Assembly (NCBI RefSeq): GCF_001194135.2
Contig: NC_068985.1
Span: 47,773,509-47,830,965, forward strand
Origin: Octopus bimaculoides
Taxonomy: Eukaryota
Length of the DNA: 57,457 bases
Direction of reading: 5' to 3'
A program made the position numbers and the translations under genes. Within the stretch, counting starts at the first letter, position 1. Each line of letters starts with the position of its first letter. Positions 1 to 12,623 of this stretch are shown piece after piece. Under the pieces are notes generated by a model. The model had not been told where the DNA came from and did not search any database. It saw only the letters and a program-made list of their open reading frames with translations.

Positions 1-45
1 TATATATAGATATATATATTATATATATATATATATATATAGATA

Positions 46-102
<57 letters not shown>

Positions 103-159
103 TAGATAGATAGATAGATACATACATGCATACATATATGCAGGTATGTATGTGTTTTT
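1..159. repeat. compound microsatellite (TA)n/(GA)n/(GATA)n
   Basis: Directly visible. Similar TA, CA/TG, TATG, GATA and CT tracts recur every 1-2 kb through the window and are not all listed. Confidence 0.98.
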
Positions 160-224
160 ATGTATGTATATTTAGTTAGGTTTGTGTATGTCAACTTTTC
201 CTTGGATGATGAAGAATTCTTGGT

Positions 225-730
225 AACTTTCGTTGTAACCAATGGTACGAAACAGGATTGTCTTCTCGTATCCATGCTTTTCGGGTTGCTGTTAAGCACA
301 GTGCTTCACGATGCATCATACGACGAAACACTTTGCATCCATATAAAATACAGATTCGATGAGGTCTTTTTAACATCAGCCGCCTGAAAGAAAGCCATTG
401 ATTTGCTGATTGTGCTCTAAATGCAAATTGAGAAGCAAATGTTCGATAGAGTTTAGACAACTTTGCTTCAGCTTGTAATAGCTTGGGTCCTACGATTTTT
501 CTCAAAAACTGAAGTCATGTACCAACCGTCTTCTGCAAAAAAACTTCAATTGGACTATTCTTGGCAGTCAGGAATCATCATGTGCAATCTGTAAAGAGAT
601 CTACTTACCTTGGAATTAGACTGTCAAGGAGTATTCATTTTGAGGATGAAATGAACGAAATAATAATAATAGCCAGTTCTGCTTTTTGACATCATCACAA
701 GGACTGGAGAAGGCCTTTTCTGATTATAAA
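225..730 (+). mobile_element. RTE-clade LINE reverse transcriptase fragment (decayed, frameshifted)
   Basis: Translated pieces VTNGTKQDCLLVSMLF, IHIKYRFD, FADCALNA, LDNFASACNSLG, TEVMYQP, TYLGIRLSR and EDEMNEIIIIASSAF follow the RTE/BovB RT order (NGVKQG...YRTDG...FADD.ALNA...KTEVM.QP...YLG...DDE...RI..AS.AF). Confidence 0.88.
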
Positions 731-1424
731 TGTTTGGCAAATGTTTTCGTTGCCGCATGCAATAACGTGTTGTTTGATAATTATAAAATATCCTGTATAT
801 TGATATAATTATAGAAAGTTTTCTCAAAAAACAAAAAAAAACGACACTATAAATATTGAATCGTTGGAGTTTAAATATATATAAACATGGTAGTTAAGCG
901 AGAGATGGAGTAAAAGGACAATAGTAGAAAATGTAGAAAGAAAGAAAATGACAGAGAAAGAGTCAAGGGAATAAATGGGAAAATGGAGATGTACACGAGA
1001 AGGAATCACTTTTATAACAGAGATGAAGGAAAGATAAAAGAAAGAAATGTAATATGATAAAAAAATAATAAGAGCCGTTCACATGTGGGATATTTTAATG
1101 CATCTTATTGACCGTGTCATAATGATATATTATAACGACAAAAGAGAATATATTTCTATAGCAGAAAGTTTAATACGATAAAGTTATCTTGGAAAAGCGA
1201 GAGAAGAGAGGAGAAAAAAATAGAGTAGAAATTAGAACACTGCAAAATAGAAAGAGGCCTGTAAAAAGACAGCAACAAACAAACAAAGCAAAAAACAGAT
1301 GGTGAATGAGGATAGCTAAGAATAATTAATTACTTATTAAGAACAGGAATACATATATTCCGACATAGTATAAATCAGTACTCAATACGAAAAGGAGATT
1401 GACATTTAGATATGAAGTATTTTT

Positions 1425-1700
1425 CGGGATGCCACATGTTGTGACACCTCCAGCGGCAACTTCATATGTTCAGCAACCAGTGCGGCCTCGCTGCTGGTCA
1501 GACTGAGAAAAGCAAACTGTCAATGTCGCTTTCTGACAGGTTTATGGTTGAGCCAGTGGCAGAGGAGACATTCGGCGTTCTCGGCTCCCAGACCATATCT
1601 CTGTTTACAGCAATTAGGTTGGATAAGTCTATCCACAAGTGCGATCCCCGTGAGTCTGAGTGGCTGTTCCAGCACATCTCCCACGCCATCCTCTGCGGGG
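1425..1700 (+). mobile_element. 3' end of a CRE-like non-LTR retrotransposon (restriction-like endonuclease domain)
   Basis: (W>R)DATCCDT at 1425, then a frameshift into GLAAGQTEKSK...FMVEPVAEETFGVLG...DPRESEWLFQHISHAILCG. This matches the CRE RLE pattern WD.TC.DT...AA..AE..K...F.P.AVET.G..G...D.R...L.QRIS.AI.RG. Confidence 0.78.
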
Positions 1701-2322
1701 AGGAGGGCACACCTTTTCCATTTTATTTGCTGGGTCCATGAGAAGGTCTGAATTAGGGGAAATAGAACGTTCCACTCCTTAATGTAAGGTCACTCCATAT
1801 AAATTGTGCTGTTAAATTCTTCAGTCACTGCTAGTACTAACTTTGAATTTCTCTCACACGAACAATATATCGATTCTGATAATAGGAAACGTGAAATCTT
1901 AATAACCAGGTGTAAAATAATAGACAAGCGTATATTTTCAGACAACAGAAGTCTCTACTCATAAGTTACCTGTCATGTTCTAATATACTAATTAAACTCA
2001 TCATGTTGCAGTTCTATTGATTCTGTACCTAAGTTTAATTAGGTATGGAATTTATTTAAATTCCAAGTTAGAATCTGTGCTTCTGATAAAGATTTAGTGA
2101 AAAATAATTTTTTTTTTTTAAATTCAGAAAACCATAAACATTTACTTAATACGCGATAACGAACCCAAAAATGTCTGTGTGTATGTGCACGCGCGCGTGT
2201 GCGTGTGTGTGAGTGCGTGTGTAAACATATATGTGTGGATGTAGATAGATAGATAAGATACATACATGCATACATACATACATACATACAAACATATAGA
2301 CATGTGTATTCATGTACGTTTG

Positions 2323-2420
<98 letters not shown>

Positions 2421-3689
2421 GTATATGGATGTATGTGTGGGTGTATTTATATGTATACATTGGCATATATGAGAAGAGAAAGAGGGAAGAAAAAGATGTT
2501 TATGCGCTGTTATAGTTAGTGGCACACAAAACCATGGACCCATGCTCACCAATGCAATTATAACGTACACTTAGATGCCGAATCACACGGTCATACACAT
2601 TACAATGCTTAATTTAGTACTCGTGCTTACCTAATTTTAGAATAATTGAACAGGCACGCTAGCGATTCTAAGTAAATCATATGCTAATGCATTGTCACCC
2701 ACGACGTGATGCAAGTATTATAAGAAAAATCAGCTAAGCTATTTTGTTTTTTTATGAACAGATTTAATGAATTTTCTGTAGCTTTTTCATTAAAATTTAC
2801 ATATTTGGTGTATAAATCTTTAGAATTATAATTGCAAATTATCAATAAAAAATAATTAATGTCTAATCATACATGTTTTGTTTATACAATATATATTGGA
2901 AATATCGACAGCAAGCCATTAAATTACTTCACTGGATCGTTTTCGATTTCTTCCGATCGTAAGATATTTGACTATTTTGTCTTGTTTTGTTTTGTTTTGT
3001 TCTAGACTTTATGTACATGCTGTTGTCATTGATAATATTTTGCTTTCTAATTTTACGTTGTAATGATTCTGCGTTGATTGATTAAACTATTTCCGCAACT
3101 AATTTGTATTATTTAGTGTAATTATTCAATATTTGCATCATCCTTTTACATATTCATTAAATATCGTTTAATTTCAATAACATGGCAAAAATGTTATTGG
3201 CATTGATATATACTTGCTCATCGTTCCTTCTCTTATAATAATAATCTTTCTCTGTTTCTTTCTCTCTATGTGCAGTCCATTGCACATATAAAACACAGAC
3301 ATACACAAATACATACGTACCCACATCGCCATCTCGCACAATTAAGCATTCACAAATATACGCTATATTTAACTAAGAAATTATCCTTTATATGTTTTAA
3401 CGGTCTGTTAGAAAGTGCAGCGAAAGTAGCCCCGATCGGGCTCTACCATCTTAGTATCAAAAAAGTATTTTGGATGAATTAGTCATAGATAAAACTATGC
3501 CTTAGTAATACCGTAAGATTGTTAAGGCTGAGATGAAATGCATTTCACAATAGATCTATTCAACCAGTGCTGACTTGTACATGTATATGTATAATATATG
3601 TATATATGTATGTACATATACATATATAAATATATATAGAGACATACACACACACACGCACCCCCACACACATATATATAGTGGCTGTG

Positions 3690-5923
3690 TACTTTTCATG
3701 CAGAGTCTGACTAGCTCTTGTACTTACACCTTAGATTCATCATGGCGTCTGATGTGGCTTTTTAAACCAAACGTTGTATTGAAAAGACACCCACATAGAT
3801 TGCATATCTGATTTAGACCACCAGGAGCTGCAGTTAAGTTCTAATCTTTGTGGATCTTAAAATGTCTCTTAAGGCCTCCGTTAGATTTGCATATCTTATA
3901 GTATACACGGCATTGAAAGGTGCGCACGCATATACATATATAGGCAGAGTAGTTGGTGGATGTTCGTTTTTCACGGGTCCTCAAATGAGACTTGAGCCCA
4001 ACAAAAGAAAGACATGCTCTGTCACAAACAGTGCACACAAAAAAAAATCACTGAGATTCACCTTCTCGCACGCAACATTCTTCATTAAATCTCTTTAAAG
4101 TATTGCATGTGTCATCCTAGCCTCCACAAAAGCTTTCAGTGCACTTCACACTTTTGTTTGCCATTCAGCTTGATCCGTAGCGACGGTTTCTATGGCCTTT
4201 GGATCTATTCCAAGTGACTTCATGGTAGTCCTTATACCGATTGCGTTTCCCCTCTGCAAGCTCGCCATAAAACAGTTGTTTGGGAGTGCTTTCATCCCCC
4301 ATTCGAACAATATGACCAAACCATCTCATTTGAATTTTCAGAAACATTGCTTTAATTGAACTAATACCTGCAGACGCAAAGACATCTGTGTCAGGAGTAA
4401 AAAAGCCCCATTTAATGTTTAAAATGCGGCGAAAGCAATTTTGGTAGATTCGTTCTAACAATTTGAGTTGTATTTCATAATACGTCTATGTTTCAGAAGA
4501 ATACAACAGGGTTGGTAAGACAAACGATTTGTAAAGAGCCAATTTTGTGTTGTTATTTATATGTCGTTGGCGCCAAACGGGTGACTCGAAACCTACAAAT
4601 GCTTATGCTGTCCTTTGAATTCGCAGATGTATTTCTGTATCCAGATTTCCATCATTTTCTACAGATCTTCCGAGGTCGATGAAAGAATTAACAGCGTCAA
4701 GAAACCAACCCTTAACGAAAATTTTAATGGAGTTGAAAACAGCACCAAGTGCAGGTTGATACATTACATTTGTTTTTTTTTTTTGTTTCAAGTTGATAGT
4801 CAAGCCAAAATCATCACAAGCTGAGTCAAGCGCTGATACAAGAGATCGCAGGCCCGTTTCAGAGTGACTGACTAGATCGCAATCGTCAGCATATAAGAAT
4901 TCCCTAATGAGTGAAGTAAAAACCTTTGTTTTGAATTTCGATCTGGCCAGATGCCTACCCTGTTGTTCGATATTTTATGTAAGTACCCTCCTGGGACTTT
5001 TGAAAAGCGTGTGACAGCAAAGTATATTGCAAAGAGGGTGGGTGCATCAAAGTCTCTCCTTGCTTTACTCCATTTTCCACGGCAAAAAATTCAGAAGGCC
5101 TTCTACCAAAATTAATTCCAGTATTGAAATCTTGATGCAACGCACCGATCATGTTTACAGATTTTTCTAGGCCTATGATTTTCCTTATAATTAGACACAA
5201 AGTATTTTGATTAACGGTATCACATCCCTTGTTTAAATCAACAAAGCAATGGTATAGGGCATAATTCTGTTCAATGCAGTTTTCTTGAAATTGTTTGATA
5301 GTAAAGATACAATCAACTGTGCCACTGGAAGAAAGAAAACCAAATTCACACTCAGATGCCATATTTGGAACAATGAAGGTGTTTAAACGTTCTAACAGAT
5401 TGCTGGTAAGTACCTTTTCAACTACATACAAAAACGAAATCCCATGATAATTACCACACAGATCCTTTGGCCCTGGTTTATACACGGAGACGAAAGTGAC
5501 ATCAATCTAGTCTTGAGGCACATCCTCAGTTCTTCAACAGTGTCAAATTAATATATTTAAGACTTCAAACATTTTGTCCCCTCCATATTGCAAAACCTCT
5601 GCATAGATTCCTTCAGACCGTGGAGACTTATTGTTACCCAGCTTATTCACAGCTGATAAATGGACACTGGTATAAATATTCAGTACTATTCGCTTCACCA
5701 TTACAGGTACGCCTCCAAATGTATTTAGAAATCCCACGCCGAATTCTAATTAACAACAATGGCGAAACGTACGTAGGAACTAAAAACACACACGCACACC
5801 CACACCCACACACACACATACCTCATTAACATAAGAGTACAAACCGTTGGCCTCATTTCTATCAGCTGCTTCTTGCACCATTTTTGCTTTATCATTCCAC
5901 CATTCCTGTTTAATTTTCCTTAG
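3690..5923 (-). mobile_element. RTE-clade LINE, decayed: linker, RT, C-terminal C2H2 fingers
   Basis: Minus-strand pieces in the expected order: WWNDKAKMVQEAADRNE (5923-5826), NKSPRSEGIYAEVLQYGG, GNYHGISFL...GTVDCIFTIKQFQENCIEQ...FVDLNK...ENGVKQG (4955-5485), YQNCFRRILNIKW...MRWFGHIVRM...PKQLFYGEL (4165-4461), zinc fingers 4038-3724. Multiple stops and frameshifts; a (CA)n tract interrupts at ~5785-5820. Confidence 0.95.
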
Positions 5924-6388
5924 GTGTTCACTTTTCTTTTTCTATCATCCTCATGTCAACGGAGGATTGTCTATTCAAAAGTGCAGAAAAATGTTGTACC
6001 CAACGCTTATGAATACAAGCGGTGTCAGTCAAAAGCAAATTTCCATTTGCTGTTCTCACTGCAGCTATCAAAGAGCTACGAGAAGATTTTAAAACAAAAG
6101 TATTTTAGGCTGCAATTCTTCTGTGGGATTTAAATCGCGTAAGTCCAGTGACTGATTTTCAAACAAATCACCAGAAATTCATGCTCTACTTTTAGAAAAA
6201 CAAACGTTTGGCAAAACACTTCTTTCTCAGTCCTTGAACCCCAACTCAAGCGAAGATTACAGAAAGCTGAAACGGGAAGTGCAGACTGCTCTAAGGAAAA
6301 TTAAACAGGAATGGTGGAATGATAAAGCAAAAATGGTGCAAGAAGCAGCTGATAGAAATGAGGCCAACGGTTTGTACTCTTATGTTAA
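5826..6388. repeat. perfect 98-bp inverted repeat (5826-5923 / 6291-6388) with 367-bp spacer
   Basis: The arms are exact reverse complements, checked base by base. After one mismatch the symmetry continues into the flanking (CA)n/(TG)n tracts. Confidence 0.95.
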
Positions 6389-6393
6389 GGAGG
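5924..6393 (+). mobile_element. upstream (post-endonuclease linker) part of the same RTE, in inverted orientation
   Basis: GFKSRKSSD*FSNKSPEIHALLLEK (RTE RK..DWF..N..EI..LL..K) followed by LKREVQTALRKIKQEWWNDKAKMVQEAADRNE on the + strand. Confidence 0.85.
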
Positions 6394-6422
6394 TATGTGT
6401 GTGTGTGTGTGTGTGTGTGTGT

Positions 6423-7131
6423 NNNNNNNNNNNNNNNNNNNNNNNNNNNNNNNNNNNNNNNNNNNNNNNNNNNNNNNNNNNNNNNNNNNNNNNNNNNNNN
6501 NNNNNNNNNNNNNNNNNNNNNNNNNNNNNNNNNNNNNNNNNNNNNNNNNNNNNNNNNNNNNNNNNNNNNNNNNNNNNNNNNNNNNNNNNNNNNNNNNNNN
6601 NNNNNNNNNNNNNNNNNNNNNNNNNNNNNNNNNNNNNNNNNNNNNNNNNNNNNNNNNNNNNNNNNNNNNNNNNNNNNNNNNNNNNNNNNNNNNNNNNNNN
6701 NNNNNNNNNNNNNNNNNNNNNNNNNNNNNNNNNNNNNNNNNNNNNNNNNNNNNNNNNNNNNNNNNNNNNNNNNNNNNNNNNNNNNNNNNNNNNNNNNNNN
6801 NNNNNNNNNNNNNNNNNNNNNNNNNNNNNNNNNNNNNNNNNNNNNNNNNNNNNNNNNNNNNNNNNNNNNNNNNNNNNNNNNNNNNNNNNNNNNNNNNNNN
6901 NNNNNNNNNNNNNNNNNNNNNNNNNNNNNNNNNNNNNNNNNNNNNNNNNNNNNNNNNNNNNNNNNNNNNNNNNNNNNNNNNNNNNNNNNNNNNNNNNNNN
7001 NNNNNNNNNNNNNNNNNNNNNNNNNNNNNNNNNNNNNNNNNNNNNNNNNNNNNNNNNNNNNNNNNNNNNNNNNNNNNNNNNNNNNNNNNNNNNNNNNNNN
7101 NNNNNNNNNNNNNNNNNNNNNNNNNNNNNNN
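6423..7131. other. assembly gap (other gaps: 13538-13547, 14928-14937, 32154-32470, 34745-35566)
   Basis: N runs, four of them bordered by microsatellite on both sides. Confidence 1.
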
Positions 7132-7204
<73 letters not shown>

Positions 7205-9170
7205 TGTATATGTATGCGTGCGCACGCGTATGAGTACATACAGAGAGAGTGAGAGAGAGAAAGAGAGAGAAAGGAAAGAAATTTTTATGTCACAGATTTC
7301 GAATGCCCTGTCTACTTTTAACCACGTGCATGTGTAAACCCTTGCACCAAATCAGCATCACAACTGTGTTACTCTAAATGAGAAAACTTAATCTGACAAA
7401 GATAACTCAAACCAGCAAACTGCCAACGTCGAAATCAGTGCACAAAATTTCATAGTATCTAATATAGAACGCATAGAAACAGTTGAAAAATGGCCTATTG
7501 GATTTGAACGACGATACTGCTGTAAACTGTTCTTCTATATCCAGTTTAATCTCAAATCAATTGTGATCGTGAAGGCATATGACCAAAGGAATTGCAGCTA
7601 GCAACCCATCGCCGCCGGGTCTTTTTTGTCATATCTCAAGCGACATCGATTAGTTCAAAATTTTCATTTACTTATACTTATTTGTTTGTCATTTGTAAGT
7701 TTATAAGATACTATTTGAGGGAAATTTGACTACTGTTTCTACCGGGTCTACGCCACACCTAGTGGCTTCTTCTTGTGTTTTGTCTGTTGGTTCACAAACT
7801 ACCTCAGCAGTATTCACTGTTAATAAATCGATAAAGATGTTGAACAACCATCTGAATATATAGAATGTTACAGAAAAAAGAAAAAAAACTGAAGCTGTAT
7901 ACTTCACTTGTGTTAGCAGTATCATCTTTGTTAAGATATAAAACCGACCATTTCTAATAAATTTATGGCTAGAGTCAACAGGTTCAATAAAATATCCGCA
8001 ATGCTATTTTATTCCGATATATATTAACAGATTATATAATTTATTACATTAACGCTTCACGTACCAATAGAGATGAGAAAATGTCGAGTTCGCTCACAGA
8101 GTGATAATTCTTATTTTAGTAAAGAAATATTCTAAAAATTAATATCATATAGATATAAATTAAAATGAATTTATTGAGGGTTAACCTAGGTTTAAATGAC
8201 GAATGCATAAAGATGACAAGAGGTAAGAGTTTAGGCAAAAACCCTGCCTCCTGACGTTTAAATTTTTATCCAATGAGCCAACCAGTGAATGGCTACGCGG
8301 TCACTGATACTGCTAGAAATAGGAGTTATATTTCCTCGAATCACACCTTACAATCTGCACAGGATATATTAGACAATGCAGTCTTAGATATGAAAAAAAG
8401 AGACGATCTCAAAGACTTGAGTGTTTTTGATCGGGAAAACTTAGGTGTGAACAAGAATCATCTGCCACACTGTTCTTTATATTCACCTGATTTCATTGTT
8501 TCACACAGTAATTTATTGTCACAAAACCATAAGAGATAGATATACATATATAATACCAAATATTTATTTCAATTCTAAATATTGTTTCCACGAACAAAAC
8601 TTATTGTATAATAATTATTTCCACTTTTTCATTCGCACGGTTTCTTTTTGTTGTGAATTAGCGGTAATGTAATGTAGGAATTGAAATTAAATTTTTCTTA
8701 ATGAATAAATGTGAGCCAGTTGTAGTTGATGTTTATCTTAAGACCAACTCTGATAACGTTAATGATCAGTGATGTATATATTTCTAAGTATGGCCATTAA
8801 TCTTTTTAGAGGCATGTAAAATTATATTGTCGAATATATTCTGTCCCTACTTAGAATGAGGGTAATTGATTTGAAGAAGATTTGCTTGCTATTTCTACCA
8901 AGTCGACTAATACATGGAGACAATCTCACTTGGTTATTGATCACCATTACTATTTCGCCTTTATTTTATGCCCTTTTGGGGGACTTCGTTGAATTATATT
9001 ACTTGTAAATTCTGAATCATTTACTGATGCCTAATTGAAATATGATTTTTTCCATGCCGGCTACTTGATATGATCGTTATTCTAAATGATGGTCTTATCC
9101 TTTTTATCTATAAATATATTAAACCAATATATCTTAGATAGAGCTATCTCAATAAGAGATTTACATATCC

Positions 9171-9216
<46 letters not shown>

Positions 9217-9224
9217 TATGCATA

Positions 9225-9863
9225 TATGGTACAGGATGTCACCAACTGTATAAACAACATGAAATACGAAAACAAACGAGTGAAATACTCAAGCAACGAG
9301 AGAAAAAATGGAAGACACGAGAAGTACTTCATCAGTTGTCAGCTGTCTATCTACTCATTTCGAGCATTCAACGACAATATGAGTCTTCAAAAGAGTTGCT
9401 CCCATAAATTCCAAAATAAAACTTAAGATTTATGGAGGGGCAAAGTTGGGAACAAAAACAGGACTGTGGTCCATACAAGGAAACCGAACGAAAGCAAATA
9501 TGGAGGGTCATTAGACCAGAACGAGAGGAACATAGTGAATGCTGCGAGAAATATTTTCTTTTAAAAGAGAATCGATAGAAGAGAGGGAAAGAAATCATCC
9601 AGTCCTTTGAACGTCCGTGCAGGAACAGAAAGATGGACGATGGTCACGTGTTAGCAACGGGAGATAGAAAAACAGAAAAAAGGGAGAGAAAGACAGATAG
9701 AAAACAGTGAAGAGGGAAAAAGGGAATTAGAGAAAGATGGAGTAAGAAAACAGTATAGAGTAGAGTTGCATCAAAAAGGTTAAGATAAACATACTTGAAA
9801 ATGGATGCGTGGCATTTAATTAAATAATATAATCTCTCATCTATGTCTTCCTCAAATAATATA

Positions 9864-9902
<39 letters not shown>

Positions 9903-10035
9903 TATATGGGTACAGGCCATCACCGACTGTGTAAACATCATCAAATACGAAAACAAACGAGTTAAATACGCAAACAACGAGAGAAAATATGGAAAATAGG
10001 ACAAGTAAACACCGAGAACGACCCTTCATCAGTCG
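9225..10035 (-). repeat. two diverged copies of a ~120-bp dispersed repeat (9225-9345 and 9905-10035)
   Basis: Both read TA-tract+GGTACAGG...AAATACGAAAACAAACGAG...CAACGAGAGAAAA...CTTCATCAGT.GTC.GCT; both carry CTGATGAAG on the minus strand. Confidence 0.8.
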
Positions 10036-10048
10036 TCGGCTATGTATG

Positions 10049-10079
<31 letters not shown>

Positions 10080-10081
10080 TA

Positions 10082-10157
<76 letters not shown>

Positions 10158-10817
10158 TTTATTTATATATATATATATACGTACAGACACACAACACATA
10201 CATACGTATATACATTTATACACACACGCGCATATTTATGCACATATACATACGCATAGATAGATAGATAGATAGACAGACATGTAAATATTTAAGCATG
10301 TATATAGGGAACATAGGAAACGTAGTCGATATCAATGCTTTGTCAAATAATATACGCGTGTTCCATTAAGCTGGGATTTGTTCACTGGACCGCTTTATGT
10401 TCATGTACTTGATGCCTGCCAATCTCAAGAAACACGTGTATGTTATACAAAGTTTTATTGGCTTTTCTGCACCCATACTTTTTGGCAATACTATGCGTCT
10501 TTCAATACTACACACACACACACACAGACACACACACATAGGAAACACACTAAATGTTAGAGCAGTAATGCATTTATAGTATGTTATGTATGTGGCCGGT
10601 CATCAAGTGACCAATGGTTCTACCGCTATAGCGCTGTTAGCTATATAGACGCTCGTCAGACTTATGACTGTTGGCAAATAAGCACTTTTCAAATAATTGG
10701 AGATCGATAAACGTTACGTTGAGTTAATTTTGTAAACAAAAGTATGTAACTGTCCGAGCTTTAGGTGAGGCTGGATTACCACTCTTAGATCGCTTTCCTC
10801 ATAGAAATGAATGTTTT

Positions 10818-11025
10818 CTACTCTAAGCACAAGGCCCGAAATTTTTGGGGAGGAGGTCAGTCCATTAGATCGACCCCAGTAAGCACCTGGTACTTAATAT
10901 ATCAACCCCGAGAAGATGAAAGGCAAAGTCGACTTTGGTAGAATTTGAACTCGGAACATAAAGACAGACGAAATCCCGCTAAGCATTTCGCCCAGCGTTC
11001 TTACGTTTCTGCCAGCTCGCCGCCT
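10818..11025 (-). mobile_element. tRNA-derived SINE (Octopus-type)
   Basis: Minus strand: AGGCGGCGAGCTGGCAGAAACG head, B-box GAGTTCAAATTC, body GTCGACTTTGCCTTTCATC...AAGTACCAG. Homologous to copies at 11986, 22082, 47505 and 47723. Confidence 0.88.
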
Positions 11026-11689
11026 ACATCTCTGTAAAAGTTAATGCATATTTACAGAGGCTATTTTAAGGGCTTCATTTTCAATAACTTTGTGGTTGAA
11101 GTCATAAATAGAAGGTAACACACAGTAGGACTGAACCCGAAACTACGATTCTGCACAGCGTAATTGTTAACCGTGAATTGCTGAATTACGATTTTCGCTT
11201 TTTTTTTTTTCATGTTTACCTCTTGTCTTCAAATTAGAAATATGATAACAAATGTTTTTGCGTTTCTCGGCCATGAATATATAGCTTTTTAGCAACATGA
11301 CCAGATTTGCTTTGGTACAGTTAATCTAAGCTTTTTATATTTCGTCCCCTCATTTGTAAATCAAGTTCAACTGCTATTTAAAGTTAAAAACAAATTCTTA
11401 CTCACCTTTATAAGTTGTTCTTTCTCCCTTACTATTAATTTTGTATATTTCATAGATGTTCTCCCTTTCTTTCTAATTCATTTCTGTTGTTGCCTATTTT
11501 CGTTATTTAATCTGTCATTTAAGATTGTTCTTTACAGTGCTTCATAACTAACAATGTAAAACAGTAAGGTTTATGAAACACGACGTGATTTCTTTTGATG
11601 CAGGTAATCTCAGCTTCGTATATGAAAAGTGAAACTCCGTCGGTTACGACAATGGACGGTGCAGACTGCTTGTTAGATTAGCATGCAAG

Positions 11690-11929
11690 TGGTTAAACGC
11701 TGAACAGATTCGCGTATCCTGAACGTGGTTCTCAGGGAGATTCAGCGTGACGCAGAATGTGAAAAAGTCATCCTTTTCAATTGTAAGTGCTACTTATTTT
11801 ACTAGCTGAGTGGAGTGCAGCAACGTGAAATAAAGTGCTTTGTTCAAGGATACAGCGCGTCGCAAGAAATCGAACACATGACTTTATGATGGAGAGCTGA
11901 AAACCCCTAACCGCTAAGCCAAGCACCTT
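11690..11929 (-). mobile_element. tRNA-derived SINE, second family
   Basis: Minus strand A-box TGGCTTAGCGGTTAG (11907-11921) and B-box GTTCGATTTC (11866-11875), then CCTTGAACAAAGCACTTTATTTCACGTTGCT. Confidence 0.8.
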
Positions 11930-11985
11930 TTCCGTGTATGAAGGTATTGCAACGCAAATTTGCCAGGCTTCTAAACTCATTAAAT

Positions 11986-12200
11986 TATTGGTTTCAAATT
12001 TTGTCACAAGCACAGCAATTTCGGGGAGGGTTTAAGTTGATTACATCAACCTCGGTGCTCAACTGGTACTTATTTTATTGACTCCCGGCAGGATAAAAGG
12101 CAAAGTCAACCTCGGTGGGATTTGCACTCAGAATGTAAACACAGATGAAATGCCGCTAAGCATTTTGCCCAAAATGCTAATGATTCTGCCATCTCACCGC
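11986..12200 (-). mobile_element. tRNA-derived SINE (same family as 10818-11025)
   Basis: Shares AAAGGCAAAGTC.AC, CTGGTACTTA, GAAAT.CCGCTAAGCATTT.GCCC and TTCTGCCA with the 10.8 kb copy. Confidence 0.85.
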
Positions 12201-12586
12201 ATTAAACTCATTACAATATTTTCCCTATTTCTCTTTTATTCCCCTATTTTGTTTTTTAACTCTCCCAGCCCTAATATTTTTCTCTGTAAGATTTGTTTAT
12301 TTATCCTTTAACTATTTTCTTTACAGCGATTTTTGTTAATAAACAATTTAAAGAAAATAACCTATTTTTCCCTGGATATTTATACCCCCAATGTGATTTC
12401 CCATAGCACAAAACAACAACAACAAAATCTCCACAAAAACGGCTGAAACAATAATAACAAGTATTTTATCAATGGTCATTTTTATGCCGAGTAAAATGTT
12501 TGAGTTTAAATCACGTTTTATCAATTCATCAAATTTAAATTACTCACAATATCAAAAATACTTGTAGAACTGTGTGTGTATGTATG

Positions 12587-12623
<37 letters not shown>

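Noticed and set aside
10366-10548. RRIVLPKS on the minus strand, faintly like the aldo-keto reductase IPKS motif
   Set aside because: Only four or five residues match and the surrounding sequence does not fit.
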